From assembly GCA_963823665.1 (NCBI GenBank), contig CAWGMQ010000008.1, positions 384,001 through 448,000 on the forward strand: a stretch of DNA of 64,000 bases, written 5' to 3'. The DNA comes from an uncultured Planctomycetota bacterium. GTDB lineage: Bacteria; Planctomycetota; Planctomycetia; Isosphaerales; Isosphaeraceae. How positions within the stretch are numbered: position 1 is the stretch's first letter; each line of letters starts with the position of its first letter. This document shows positions 22,227 to 33,060 of the stretch, one piece after another. The notes under the pieces were generated by a model. It searched no databases. It worked only from the letters and a program-made list of their open reading frames with translations, and had not been told where the DNA came from. Both the position numbers and the translations under genes were made by a program.

Positions 22227-22483
22227 CGAGGTAACTCCTTCCATGACCGACCGTGGCGACCTTAGATGCCTCCGTTTCCGTCGATCATTCCTTTATCAAT
22301 CGGATGATGCAATCCCATTACTGTTCCGTTGGAGAGCTGCACTTCGAGCGGCGGGGGCCGAATGCGCTGATTTTGACGAGCTTACGCCGCGGGCTCGCGC
22401 GACCGGCTTGCCGGTTCGGGGTTGCGGTGCGATACTCAAGACTCGCCCAATTTCGCCCGATTTTTCGACCCGGCGACAGGTGA

Positions 22484-22978
22484 TTGATGTTGAAGCCCGC
22501 GCTCGAGACCCACAATGTCGACGGAATCCTGGTTGCGGAGTTCTGGGATTGTATGCGGCTGGACCCCGCACCGGTCCAGGATCTCCGAGCCGTGTACGAG
22601 AAGCACGTGAAGAGTGGGGGGCGGCCCGAAGTGGCGGTGGACTTGAGCGGAGTCGGCTTCGCCGGCTCGGCTGCTCTGGGCAATTTTGTGGCCCTGCATC
22701 GAGCCGCGCGGGGGCGCGGCGGCCGGCTGGTGCTTTGCAACGTTGACCCGACGGTGAGAGAAGTGCTGCGCGCGAGCAAGCTCGATGTGTTCTTCGAGTT
22801 TGCCGGTGACCGCGCCGACGCTCTCCGCGTCATCAAGGAAACGACTCCGGGCCCGGCCTCCGACGGCGATCCGAGCGCGGCGACAGGAGCCGCTGCCCCG
22901 CGCGAAAGGCCTGCTCTTGCGCCACGGACCGGGCCGGCGCCATTGCGTCGACGATCGCGAGGCCCTGAATCCACGTGA
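22484..22978 (+). CDS. STAS domain anti-sigma factor antagonist
   Basis: VDLSGVGFAGSAALG, GGRLVLCNV..VREVLRASKLD. Confidence 0.85.
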   Translation: MMLKPALETHNVDGILVAEFWDCMRLDPAPVQDLRAVYEKHVKSGGRPEVAVDLSGVGFAGSAALGNFVALHRAARGRGGRLVLCNVDPTVREVLRASKLDVFFEFAGDRADALRVIKETTPGPASDGDPSAATGAAAPRERPALAPRTGPAPLRRRSRGPEST

Positions 22979-23159
22979 CGGGAGCGAAGTTTGGGGCGCG
23001 CACGAGCAAGCACCGGGGCCGCTGCCGAGAAAAGAGGTGTCCGAAGGCGTCACACTCTCGTTGTTCCTAGTCGAATTCTCTACAATTTAAGCGCCTGAGC
23101 CGGACCGACGTAAGAAGCTGGGTGCAAATGGATTGATTGCAACTCATATCGGGGTGTCG

Positions 23160-23522
23160 ATGATGTCCGCTACAACCAGGATTCAGATCAACGATTCCGA
23201 GGGGATCAAGGTTGTCCGTTTTCAAGATCATCAGCTTTTCGACGAGCGAACGGTCCGCGAGATCGCCGATCAGATCGCCGAAGCGCTTCCGAACGACGGC
23301 AGCCCGATCCGGCTGGTGGTTGACTTCTCGGACGTGAGCTTGATCTCGAGCACGTTCCTCTCCAAGCTCATCCTGCTCCAGCGCCGCATCGACGCGACTC
23401 GCGGTAAGCTTCGCCTGTGCGAAATGACGCCGATCATCCAGCAGGTATTCCGCACCTCGAACCTTGACCGTCTGTTCAAAATCGACCGCGATCAGAGGAC
23501 CGCGATCGAATCGTTTCATTGA
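23160..23522 (+). CDS. STAS domain anti-sigma factor antagonist
   Basis: VVDFSDVSLISSTFLSKL, GKLRLC..IQQVFRTSNLD. Confidence 0.85.
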   Translation: MMSATTRIQINDSEGIKVVRFQDHQLFDERTVREIADQIAEALPNDGSPIRLVVDFSDVSLISSTFLSKLILLQRRIDATRGKLRLCEMTPIIQQVFRTSNLDRLFKIDRDQRTAIESFH

Positions 23523-23531
23523 GGTGAATCA

Positions 23532-24932
23532 TTGAAGTTTCTCGGGCAAGCCAAGAAGTTCTTCAACGTGCTCGCGACCGAGCCCGAGACGAAGGCGGAG
23601 CATTTCAACGTCAGGTGCGTTGCGGGCCACCGCGTTCGCGGCGAACGGACGGAGGGCTATCAGGCCTTGCGCTGCCCGGCTTGCGGCGAGGGGGTGTTCG
23701 TCCTGCCTCGAAGCCCCCTGCCCATGCCGACGGCACCGAAGCGCTCGGAGATGCCGAGATCCCGGCAGATGATGGGCGAACGGCTGGTCGACGAGGGACC
23801 GGTCGAGCTGTCTGATCCGGCGAGCGTTTCGGTTGATCTGGGTGGCGACGACCACGGTGCCGTGGATGCCGATATCATCTGGGATGACGCGCTGCCTGAG
23901 GCCGCTCCGCCGGTGGCGCCCAAGAAGCTCGTGCGATCGCTGGACGAGTCAGTCGATCTGGGCGTAGCCGGGCCACCGGCTGCCGCGGGGGCAACCCCGA
24001 AAGCCAGGTCGACGCCAGGCGGCGGGGCGTCACGGGGACAACGTGCCAGAGAGCGGACGCATCCGCGTGCGGCGGGCGGGCGAGAGACGCGAACCGCGCC
24101 GGGAGACGATCGACTATCGCGGCCACGACCTGAGACGGCCGTGGCCGCTGCGCCGGGCCAAGCCGAGCAGGTGCACGAGATCAAGCCCCTTTCCCGGAAG
24201 CGGTTGCTGAACCGCGTGCTGATCGTGCTCGTGCCGGTTCTGGTGCTCGCAACGGTCGCGTGGACGTACCGGCAAAACGTCCGGCAGGGGTTACCGCTCG
24301 TGGCCGAGAAAGGCCGCACCGAGGGAATCGCGGCGCTTGAAGCGGGCGAGTTCGACAAAGCCAACGAGCTACTTTCCAAGGCCAAAGCGGCCGTTGATGA
24401 CCTGGGAGGGGCCGTTCAAGACGCCGACAAGATCCGTCAAGCCGCCGACGAGACCGCGATTTTCCTGAAGCTGATCTCCGAAGACCTGGGCAAGTTGCTG
24501 GGCGATCTAAGCAGCATGAGCCCGTCAGAGCGAGCAAACACGTTCGACACACTCTACAAGGGGCGGTCGATCATTCTCGACACCACCATTACTGCCGCGC
24601 CCGACGGAACGGCTGCGTCGAAGTACGAGCTGGCGTTTCGCATTCTGCCGTGGGGTGAATCCAACAAGCGCGACGGCAGCCCGGACCGGAGTGGCGTGTT
24701 TGATCTGACAGGCTTTCAGTTATTCGAGCAGGTGCCACGTAAAGTGGGCGACCAGGTGATCTTCGGCGCCCGGCTCCAGTCGCTGGAGTTCGACGCAGAT
24801 ATGAATTTATATCTCGTTCGGTTCATGCCGAAGTCCGGTGTCTATATCACGCATACCAAGGCGCTTGAGTCGCTGCACTGGGGAGCCGAGCCGATCGCAA
24901 TTCGTGAGGAGCCGGAGGAGGGGCGTCCATGA
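23532..24932 (+). CDS. Hypothetical membrane protein with N-terminal Zn-ribbon
   Basis: C..GH and CPACG motifs, disordered linker, single TM, C-terminal domain; GAGG RBS. Confidence 0.65.
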   Translation: MKFLGQAKKFFNVLATEPETKAEHFNVRCVAGHRVRGERTEGYQALRCPACGEGVFVLPRSPLPMPTAPKRSEMPRSRQMMGERLVDEGPVELSDPASVSVDLGGDDHGAVDADIIWDDALPEAAPPVAPKKLVRSLDESVDLGVAGPPAAAGATPKARSTPGGGASRGQRARERTHPRAAGGRETRTAPGDDRLSRPRPETAVAAAPGQAEQVHEIKPLSRKRLLNRVLIVLVPVLVLATVAWTYRQNVRQGLPLVAEKGRTEGIAALEAGEFDKANELLSKAKAAVDDLGGAVQDADKIRQAADETAIFLKLISEDLGKLLGDLSSMSPSERANTFDTLYKGRSIILDTTITAAPDGTAASKYELAFRILPWGESNKRDGSPDRSGVFDLTGFQLFEQVPRKVGDQVIFGARLQSLEFDADMNLYLVRFMPKSGVYITHTKALESLHWGAEPIAIREEPEEGRP

Positions 24933-26508
24933 GCCATCGCTTCTGGGGGTCAGGCTGCGCTTGCGTTGTGTTCGCGGTGAGCGCGGCTTTCGGCGCCCTT
25001 CAGGACGAGGAAACCGCGGTCGAACCAGGCGAGCTGGCGCGGCGAGATGAACTGATCGGCAAAAAGGTGGTTGTGGACGACCACGTGAGGTTTTTCGTCA
25101 AGCGGCCCGGCAAGGAGCCGGACGAACTGCAATTGCGCCGCACGAATGTCACTTTCCTGGTTCCGGGGAAGCTTCCATGGAAGAGCAAGCCGGCCGCGGC
25201 GCTCGTGCATGGCGTGCTCCGGCGCGATGGGGGGCGTCTGGTCTGCGACGTGACCGAAGTGAAAGCGATGGCAGGCGATCTCGACCGGCTGGAGAATGGA
25301 GTGAAGGGCTTGAGCGCACGCGATGCCCAGACGCGTCAAGCGTGGGCGCGGTGGGCCTCGAAACGTGCGCGGGAATTCAAGGACGAGGCCTTGCTCAAAC
25401 GGGCGCGTGAAGTGGAAGCCGAAGCGTTCCGGATCGAGACGGCGATGAAACGGCTGGGGGTGGACGCTCCGTCGGAATGGCTGGCGATGGCGAAAGACGC
25501 GCGGCGGCGACGAGTGCCTGAGCCCGAGCCGGCGGCACTGGCGCACCGTGCGCTGCGGGCGAAGCTCAAGGCGGCGACGGAGGTTGCCGAGGCTCGAGGA
25601 GACCGTACAAGAGATCGAGAAATTCTTTCCGGCGGCCGCGAACGAGCCGGGGCGGCCCGAGCGAACGTGGCGCGGTGGGACGAGCTGTACGCGAAGGACC
25701 CGGCCGGGGCGTATCGCGACGCGCCCGAGAACGCGCGAAAGGCCTTCGATCGCCGGTTGTGGGCGGACGCCAACGAACGGCTGATCGACACCCAGACGAC
25801 GGGCGATCTTGGTGCGGCACTGGCCCGTGCGGAGCGTGCCACAACGCTGCTACCGGAAAAGAAGGAGCTCGCGAGTCGATTGATCGAGAAGGCCGTCGGC
25901 CTGGCCAGAAAGAACCTGGCCATGCTGCGCCAGCCCGAGTTGAAAGAGCTGGCCGAGGTGATGCGAAGCAAACTCAATCGGCCGGACGAGGCCGTAGCGG
26001 TGACGCGTGAATGGCTGGAATTCCGAAAGAATCGATTGAGCGACACGGACGCACTCGCGACGCTCTCCCTGGCCATGCATTATGAGGAAATGCTTGGAGA
26101 CACGGTCACAGCCGTGGAGTTACTGCGTAGAGCCTGGCGAATCGACCCGAATTCGAAGGAGATAGCGGAGGCCTTCCGAAGTCGTGGATATCGGAAGGTC
26201 GAGAACGAATGGGTCGAGTCGGCGCCGGCGGTGACGGCGCTGGAAAAGAAGGCAGACCGGAGCTTGGCCGATCGAAAGGGCTGCTGGGCATGACGCCTGA
26301 GGAGGTACGGCAGCGAATGGGTGGCAAACCGAACCGGGTGTGCTACCTGGGCTCGCAGGGACAGTCGATCGAGCAGTGGATCTATCTTGACACGCAGGGG
26401 GTGCGTTATGTAAACCTTCTGCACAGTCCTGGCGAATCGAAACCGAGAGTCGTGGCTTTTTACACCCTTCCGCTCAAGGTGAAGGGAGGCCTCGGCCAAT
26501 CACGATGA
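24929..26508 (+). CDS. Exported hypothetical helical/TPR-like protein (frameshifted)
   Basis: ATGA overlap with upstream gene; signal peptide; C-terminal GMTPEEV..GGKP domain in ORF 26209-26508. Confidence 0.6.
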
Positions 26509-27027
26509 TCCGCAACTCGCTCTTCCGCCTCGCCTCCAGGGCCTATTCGAGCGAATGCGGGCTCGAAGCCCTGACTGCCCGCCAACGGCCTCACCCCGCC
26601 ACCATCGATCTTGCGATCGTCGCGGCTCGAACCAGGCCAATCCTGACGGGAATGGACGCGCCGTCTCCTGGAATCCCTACTGACCGAGCACCGAGACGTT
26701 TTTTTTCCAAATTCCGGCAACCCGTTTGCCAAACGGAACGTAATATTCCTGTTGAGCGGAGGAAAACGGGCTCCGCCACTTGTCGATGGCGCATAATGTG
26801 CTAGACCCCTTGTGTAGGAGCGATGTGTTTTCGCTCCGGGCCCAGCGCGTCGCGACGAGCAGCCGAAGACGGGATTGATCTCTTCACCCAGTCCGAGCCA
26901 TCATCAATTTGAATTGAACCATCATTCGATTCCATTTGTCGACTGGGACACGGTCAGACCGGAATTGGCGGCCCGACACCGACGAACACAAACATTACAC
27001 GCGAAGTTCGACACCAGGAGGTGTTTT

Positions 27028-27512
27028 ATGGCCCGCAAAGACGCCTTACTAAGATTGACGCAGCGATTAATGGCACGACGCGATGCGCTGCGGAAGGCCC
27101 TGAACGGCGATCTCGACAGTTTTCGTAAGTTTTCGGAGCTGAACGCGGTTGGCGATAATGTCGATGCGGCGGTTGATTGTGCGAATGACGAGATTTGCTC
27201 GCAGCTCGTCGAAATCGAGAGCCGGGAGCTGGGCCAGATCGAGCACGCGCTGGCAGCGTATTGCCGGCGGGGTTTACGGCCGTTGCGAATACTGTGGTGG
27301 CAAGATCGCCGAACCGCGGTTGAACGCGTTGCCTTACACGAATAGCTGCATCGATTGTCAGCGCGAGAACGAGCGATCGGGGCAGTCGCGTGTCGCTCGA
27401 ACCCGAATCGAAGCGGTGGGCAAAGGTTTACGATAAACCTGAAGACGCCGAAGGCGATTCGAAGATCAACCTGAGTGACTTCGAAATGGACTTCAGCGAG
27501 ACCGGCCGCTGA
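27028..27512 (+). CDS. dksA: TraR/DksA C4-type zinc finger protein (two frameshifts)
   Basis: AGGAGG RBS; coiled coil with D..DAA tip, then YGRCEYCGGKI..RLNALPY..CIDCQ. Confidence 0.8.
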
Positions 27513-27519
27513 GAGGTCT

Positions 27520-27599
27520 TCGCGTCGGGGGTTTTCCGCTCGATGCGACTTTTTCTTTGCCGACGAGCCGCCGGATCCATTCCGGCGGCTGTTTTGTTT
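27520..27599 (+). terminator. Two tandem intrinsic terminators
   Basis: tcgcgtcg/cgatgcga stem + tttttcttt; agccgccgga/tccggcggct perfect stem + gttttgttt. Confidence 0.6.
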
Positions 27600-27889
27600 G
27601 GTGTTCTGAGTGGGCGTCATTCCCGACCCGGATGACGAACGCGGGGAGCGTGGATGAACTCGCCGCTGCTTTGAAAGATTGTCGGTCGGCTGTCACCCCT
27701 TTTTTCAAATGCGTGCGTGCAGGATAATGCTGTCGACGATGGAGACCGCGCGAAGAGGATCGATCTTTGACATGGTCGCGCACAAGGCAGTATATTAGGG
27801 TGAAACTGCACGTGAGAGAAAGATGGATCTTGAATGTGTAGCCGTTGCTCCCCGCGCCTCCTTCCCGCCGCGGGAGTGGAGAACGATTG

Positions 27890-29455
27890 ATGCTATCGCG
27901 ATCTTCCGCGGTCATTGTCTCGGTGACATCGCTGATCATGGGAATCGTGCTGGGGATCTTCCTGGCCCGAGGCGGGCCCGTGGTTTCCGCGCAGGTGGCC
28001 GGAGCGGAGCAGCGGAGACGATGGCATCGCCCCGAAGGGGCGGGCCGTTCAGCAGCAAGCAGACGACGCGATTTATGACGACACTGGCGAAGCAGTACGA
28101 CCAGTTCGAGCAGGTCAATCGCACGTTCGAGCTGGTGGCGAAGGCAGTCTCGCCGGCAGTGGTGCACATCGTTGCCGAGAAGGTGTCTCGACCTGAGTTT
28201 GAAGACTCTCGGCGCACGCGGCGTTTCGAAGAAACGGGCTCGGGCGTGATCATCCGCAGCATCCGGGGCCCGGGGCTTTACGTACTGACGAATCATCACG
28301 TTGTCGACGGTGCCAAGATTTCGAGCATCCGGGTGTTCCTGCACGACGGGCGCTCGATCTTTCCGGTGAAGGTCTGGAATGACGCTCAGGCCGACGTCGC
28401 GGTGCTGCAACTTGACCGAGACGACCTGCCCGCCGCGCGGCTGGGGAACAGCGATGAGACCCGGGTTGGCACGTGGGTGATGGCGCTGGGCAGTCCGTTC
28501 GGCTTGATGCACTCGGTCAGCCAGGGGATCATCAGCGCTCGCGGGCGCCAGATGGACGAGCTTCCCGACGTCATCAACCAGGACTTTCTGCAGACCGACG
28601 CCGCGATCAACCCCGGCAACTCGGGCGGGCCGCTCGTGAATATGAAGGGCGAGGTGATCGGCATCAACAACTCGATCGCATCGAACGGCGGAGGGAACGA
28701 GGGGGTCGGTTTCAGCATCCCGATCAATCTGGCCCGATGGATCATGGACGAGCTGATCGCTCACGGGTATGTCACGCGGGGCGCCCTCGGTGTCGATCTG
28801 CAACTCGCCGTTCCTCGAGAAGGACGCGATCGCCCTGGGCATGGACAAGCCAAGAGGGGCGTGGATCGGCCGGGTTCACGTGTCCTCGCCGGCTGCGAAG
28901 GCCGGCATTCGCGACGGCGATGTCGTGCTGCGATTCGCCGGGGTTGACATCATCGATCTGAACCACCTGATCAATCTGGTCTCGATGACGGCGGTGGGTC
29001 AAACCGCCGACGTCGTTGTCTGGCGAGACCGGCGCGAGCACAAACTGACGGTGACTGTCGGCGAACGGGACCGGACGCTGAATCAAACGTCCGCCGCCCC
29101 CGTGGCTGGGCGTGATCAGCAGTCCGGGCTGCTCAAGCGGCCGAATCGGCCCGACGCGCTCTCAAGCTACGTCCTGGGGCTGGAGCTGGCGACACTCAAT
29201 CCTGAGCTGGCGAAGCGCATCGAGTTCCCGGAGACGTGGCGTGGTGCGCTGGTCCTTTCCGTCGACAGCCAGAGCCCGCTGGCACGGCTGGTAAAGCGGG
29301 GGGACGTGATCTCGGCGATCGACGACGAAGTGATCCAGACGGCCGAGCAGACGGTGAAGATCTTGAACGGCCGAGCGGACCACCGCCAGCTCGTCATGGG
29401 GCTCGACCGCATGAACCAAGGCAAGATGGAACGACACACCGTCCGGGTGCCTTGA
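27890..29455 (+). CDS. HtrA/DegP-like serine protease with two PDZ domains (frameshifts)
   Basis: N-terminal TM; TNHHV, D, QTDAAINPGNSGGPL; PDZ repeats in ORF 28769-29455. Confidence 0.9.
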
Positions 29456-30492
29456 TGAGCGTCCTCACTCGAGCGCTCGAGCGGTTGAGGGCGACAATGG
29501 CGCTCTCCGCGGATGAAACGCAGGGCGCAGTCGGGGCCCTGCTCGACGGCGAAGGCGACGACCCACTTGCGAGTGGATTTCTCACAGCCTGGCGCGAGAA
29601 GGGTGTAACGGCGAACGAGCTTGAAGGGACCATTCGCGCGGTGCGAGAGCGGATGAGGGCGTGGGACGGCGGAATCGCGAGCGACCGCCTGCTCGACACA
29701 TGCGGAACCGGCGGAGACGGTGCGGGAACGATCAACATCTCCACGGCGGCGGCCATCGTCGCCGCTGCGTGCAAGGTTCCAGTCGTGAAGCATGGAAACC
29801 GCGCGGCAACGGGCCGCGCCGGCAGCGCGGACGTACTGGCGGCCCTGGGTGTCGCGTTCGATCCGGAGCCTCTCGTATCCAGACACTGCCTGGCCGAGGC
29901 CTCACTGGCCTTCTTGTTTGCGCCCAGGTACCACCCCGGGCTGGCGCGGCTTGCAGCGGTGAGGCGCAGTCTGCCGTTTCGCACCGTATTTAACATGATC
30001 GGGCCGTTGTGCAATCCTGCGAGCCCCGGGCACCAGCTTATTGGCGTGCCGGACCACGGCAGCGCCGATCTTCTGGCCGAGGCTCTCTCACGGCAATCCC
30101 ACATCCGGCGCGCGATCGTCGCATCGGGCAGCGACGGTCTGGACGAGATCACGCTCGACGGACCGACCCTGGTCCGACTGGTCGAGCCGGGGCGGGTCGA
30201 GCACTCGCGCTGGGTCCCGGAGGATTTCGGGCTTTCGGCGCAGGGAATAAGCTCACTCATCGTGCGCGATGCAGCCGAGAGCGCGGAGAAGCTGACGCGA
30301 ATTCTCGACGGAGAGCGCGGCGCTCTGCGCGACTACGTGATCGCCAACACGGCGGCGGCCCTCTTGACGGCTCTGGGCTGCACGCTGCGCGAGGGGGCGG
30401 AGCTCGCCGCCGCTGCGATCGACTCCGGATCTGCGCTCGGCGTGCCGGAGCGCTACCGAGAGATTGCGCCCGGGATCCAGAGATCTTCGTAG
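29455..30492 (+). CDS. trpD: Anthranilate phosphoribosyltransferase
   Basis: DTCGTGGDG, NIST, KHGNR, GSAD, GLDEI. Confidence 0.95.
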   Translation: MSVLTRALERLRATMALSADETQGAVGALLDGEGDDPLASGFLTAWREKGVTANELEGTIRAVRERMRAWDGGIASDRLLDTCGTGGDGAGTINISTAAAIVAAACKVPVVKHGNRAATGRAGSADVLAALGVAFDPEPLVSRHCLAEASLAFLFAPRYHPGLARLAAVRRSLPFRTVFNMIGPLCNPASPGHQLIGVPDHGSADLLAEALSRQSHIRRAIVASGSDGLDEITLDGPTLVRLVEPGRVEHSRWVPEDFGLSAQGISSLIVRDAAESAEKLTRILDGERGALRDYVIANTAAALLTALGCTLREGAELAAAAIDSGSALGVPERYREIAPGIQRSS

Positions 30493-30950
30493 ACAGAATA
30501 CCCGCCGGGCTTCATCCCGAGAGCCTGGTAGGTCAGTTGAGCGCGGCGATTGGCGTCTTCGACGTAGAGGCGCAGGCCGATGACTTCGGGCTGCGAGCGC
30601 GCGACAGCGTGGATGTGGCGATAGAGGGAGCGGAAGATTCCGTGGCGACGAAACGGCTGGGCGACGTAGACGCTCTGGAGCCACCAGATCCAGCCGTTGC
30701 GCCAGTCGCTCCACTCCCTGGTGATTGCAGCCTGGCCAGCGGCGACAGGGGAGTCGGCGGTGGTGGCGACCCAGTAGCGAATGCGATCGGGATCGGCGAT
30801 CGCCTTTGATACGCCACGAGCAAGGACTTCGGGGTCGAGCGCTTTGGATTCGGTTTCAAGGGCGAGGAGGCGATTGAACTCGACGATCGCGGGGAGATCG
30901 CCGGGCAGGGCCTCGCGGATGGAGAGCGAAAGAGCTGGATCATCGCTCAC
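30453..30950 (-). CDS. GNAT family N-acetyltransferase
   Basis: EWSDWRNG, SVYV..RRHGIF, RLYVE..N..Y..LGM; GTG start overlapping rhomboid stop. Confidence 0.85.
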   Translation of the reverse strand: MSDDPALSLSIREALPGDLPAIVEFNRLLALETESKALDPEVLARGVSKAIADPDRIRYWVATTADSPVAAGQAAITREWSDWRNGWIWWLQSVYVAQPFRRHGIFRSLYRHIHAVARSQPEVIGLRLYVEDANRRAQLTYQALGMKPGGYSVYEDLWIPGAISR

Positions 30951-31876
30951 GGCCGGTCGCTCCGCTTGATTCGCGCGCGGCGGCTGGCTTCCTGAAGCAC
31001 CCTGAGCTCTTCCTCGGTCAGGCCGGCGCGGCCTTCGCGGGCGATCTTGGCTAGCACTTCGTCCAGGCGTGCGTCGAGTTGTTCCTCGGGAAGCACGGAG
31101 ACGGACGGGGCCCGTGGGGAGCCACCGACGCTGGCCGCGGAGCGAGACGGGCTCGACGAGCGAGACCGGCTGGGCTCGCGCGGGACCGGCGTAAAAATGC
31201 GCAACCGCGGCCGGGAGAGCCGCCCGGAAACAAGACGCGACCACCGAAGGTCGAACTGTTTGAAGAGGAATCCGAAACCGGCACCGGCCAGGTGAGCCTC
31301 GATTGCCACGTTCGTGCTGCCGCCGCTCAAGAGGTTCAACAGGGGAAGGACGAGGAAGATCGTCAGCACCATCCACATCTGCATCGGGATCATGAACATG
31401 AAGAGGATTTCGCGCCTGGGGTGGTACAAGGTGAAGAGAGTGACGACTGCGGTGACGGCCCCCGAGGCACCGATCATCGGCAAAGGCTGATGTGAGAGGA
31501 CCGCGAAGAGGAGCCAGATCGCGCTCGAGAAGATTCCCGCGCCGAGATAGAAGGCCAGAAAGTCGCGGCTGCCGTAGAGGGGCTCCATGTCCCGCGCCAC
31601 CATCCAGAAGAACCACATGTTCATGATCAGATGCCAGATATTGGCATGGAAGAACGTGGCGGTCAGTAGCTGCCAGAACTTGTAGTGGTGGAAGGTCTCC
31701 TGGACCGACACCGCGAAATGCAAGTTGATAAAATCGTGGTCGAGCTTGGCGAGATTCTGAAACAGGAATACGGCGACGTTGATCCCGACGAGCCAATTGC
31801 AGACCGGGGATACTCCGCTGAACCAGGCGGAGCCTTGCGTTTCGCCACGGTAGTATTCGCGGTCGTAGATGCCCAT
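30947..31876 (-). CDS. Rhomboid family intramembrane serine protease
   Basis: MGIYDREY, HANIWHLIMNM, GASG, AHLAG; C-terminal LDEVLAKIAREG domain. Confidence 0.92.
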   Translation of the reverse strand: MGIYDREYYRGETQGSAWFSGVSPVCNWLVGINVAVFLFQNLAKLDHDFINLHFAVSVQETFHHYKFWQLLTATFFHANIWHLIMNMWFFWMVARDMEPLYGSRDFLAFYLGAGIFSSAIWLLFAVLSHQPLPMIGASGAVTAVVTLFTLYHPRREILFMFMIPMQMWMVLTIFLVLPLLNLLSGGSTNVAIEAHLAGAGFGFLFKQFDLRWSRLVSGRLSRPRLRIFTPVPREPSRSRSSSPSRSAASVGGSPRAPSVSVLPEEQLDARLDEVLAKIAREGRAGLTEEELRVLQEASRRARIKRSDRP

Positions 31877-32002
31877 GTCGGCCCTGCCCCGGGGGAACCC
31901 GATCAAGCGCCGGCCCTCTAGATCCCGCCCGAAGGAAGCGCTCGAGAAACCCCTGTGTTCATCATCGGACGGGAAGTCGAACCTGTCAACGGCTCGCGCT
32001 AG

Positions 32003-32386
32003 CTAGTCGAGCAGAAGGGCATCCATGGCTTCTCGCTTCGAATCGTAGATCGGCCAAACGGTGTCGAGTGCGGTCACGCGCAGCAACTCCCGCGTGCGAT
32101 CGGTGACTCCGGAGAGCGCCATCGACCCGCCCTGGGAGATCGCAAGCCGGGAGCAGCGGATCAGGAGCGCGAGGAACATCGAGCCGAAGTACTGGACACG
32201 ACTCAAGTCAAAAACGATCAACGGGTTTTCCTGGCGCTTGAGCGGATTCAAGATCAGCTCGGCGACTTCTTCCGCCAGGCTGAAGTCAATGCGCTCGATC
32301 GCCTCCGTTGCCGTGATCACGGTCAGGTCGCCATGGCGTTCGAATGTGAACGCATCGCCAGTAGAAGCGAAATCCTCGGTGGCCAT
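32003..32386 (-). CDS. STAS domain anti-sigma factor antagonist
   Basis: VFDLSRVQYFGSMFL, ELLRVTALD. Confidence 0.85.
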   Translation of the reverse strand: MATEDFASTGDAFTFERHGDLTVITATEAIERIDFSLAEEVAELILNPLKRQENPLIVFDLSRVQYFGSMFLALLIRCSRLAISQGGSMALSGVTDRTRELLRVTALDTVWPIYDSKREAMDALLLD

Positions 32387-32501
32387 AACGCGGAGGCTCG
32401 AATCTCTGGAGGCCGGGATAGCGTTTGCGAAACTCAGGCGACCTGGGAACGATTAATAACAGTAGACCTTTCGCCCTCGCCAGGCAAGCCCTGAGAAGGG
32501 A

Positions 32502-32727
32502 TCATGCCGAGGGGCGGCAGTTCGAAAACGCTCGAACGACCTCGTAGAGATCATTGCTGACCAAGAGCTCGATCATCCTCGAAATCTCGCAGCCATACGT
32601 AGTTGTCGCGATACGCCTGCGCGAGTAGGGGGTACAACTCGCTCAGCCTGATTGTGATTGAGGGGTTGTTCGAATCCTCATGTTCTTCCTCGGGATGGGG
32701 AAAAACTCGCAGTTGCGCGGTAGCCAT
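32502..32727 (-). CDS. Small hypothetical protein (about 74 aa; one extra base near 32571), absent from ORF track
   Basis: GGAGGAGG RBS; MATAQLRVFP..WLRDFEDD then ELLVSNDLYEVVRAFSNCRPSA* after removing one base. Confidence 0.65.
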
Positions 32728-33060
32728 GGGCTATCCTCCTCCCCGCGTTCTGTTGCCGTGATAGCAGACGATCGCAACTTGATTTGTGCGATTCGGTCGA
32801 ATTCCGATCCTGGACTCGGACCGATGGACCCTCAACTGGTTGAAAGACGTCAACTCCTCATCTGAGATCGAACCTGCCTAAGCATCGGACGAAACCGGCA
32901 GGCAAGATCAGGGAAATCGCCGGACAATCATTTCCGCGTGCCGTCGCGTACAGTGGAACCGGAACAAACCGTTTAGAAGATGTAGCGACACGAATCGCGC
33001 GTTCTGCTAGAATCCCGCTCCGCTTCGGATCGCGAGCGAAATCACGGAGGAATTGAGAGC

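Noticed and set aside
27890..31876. HtrA and rhomboid as the proteases releasing the anchored sigmas
   Set aside because: Located in a core block 20 kb away; no sequence evidence of linkage
32961..32985. GGAAC-N16-GTAG upstream of 33061 as a target of the fusion ECFs
   Set aside because: Spacer length and -10 box differ from GGAAC-N15-GTACAT; could be chance
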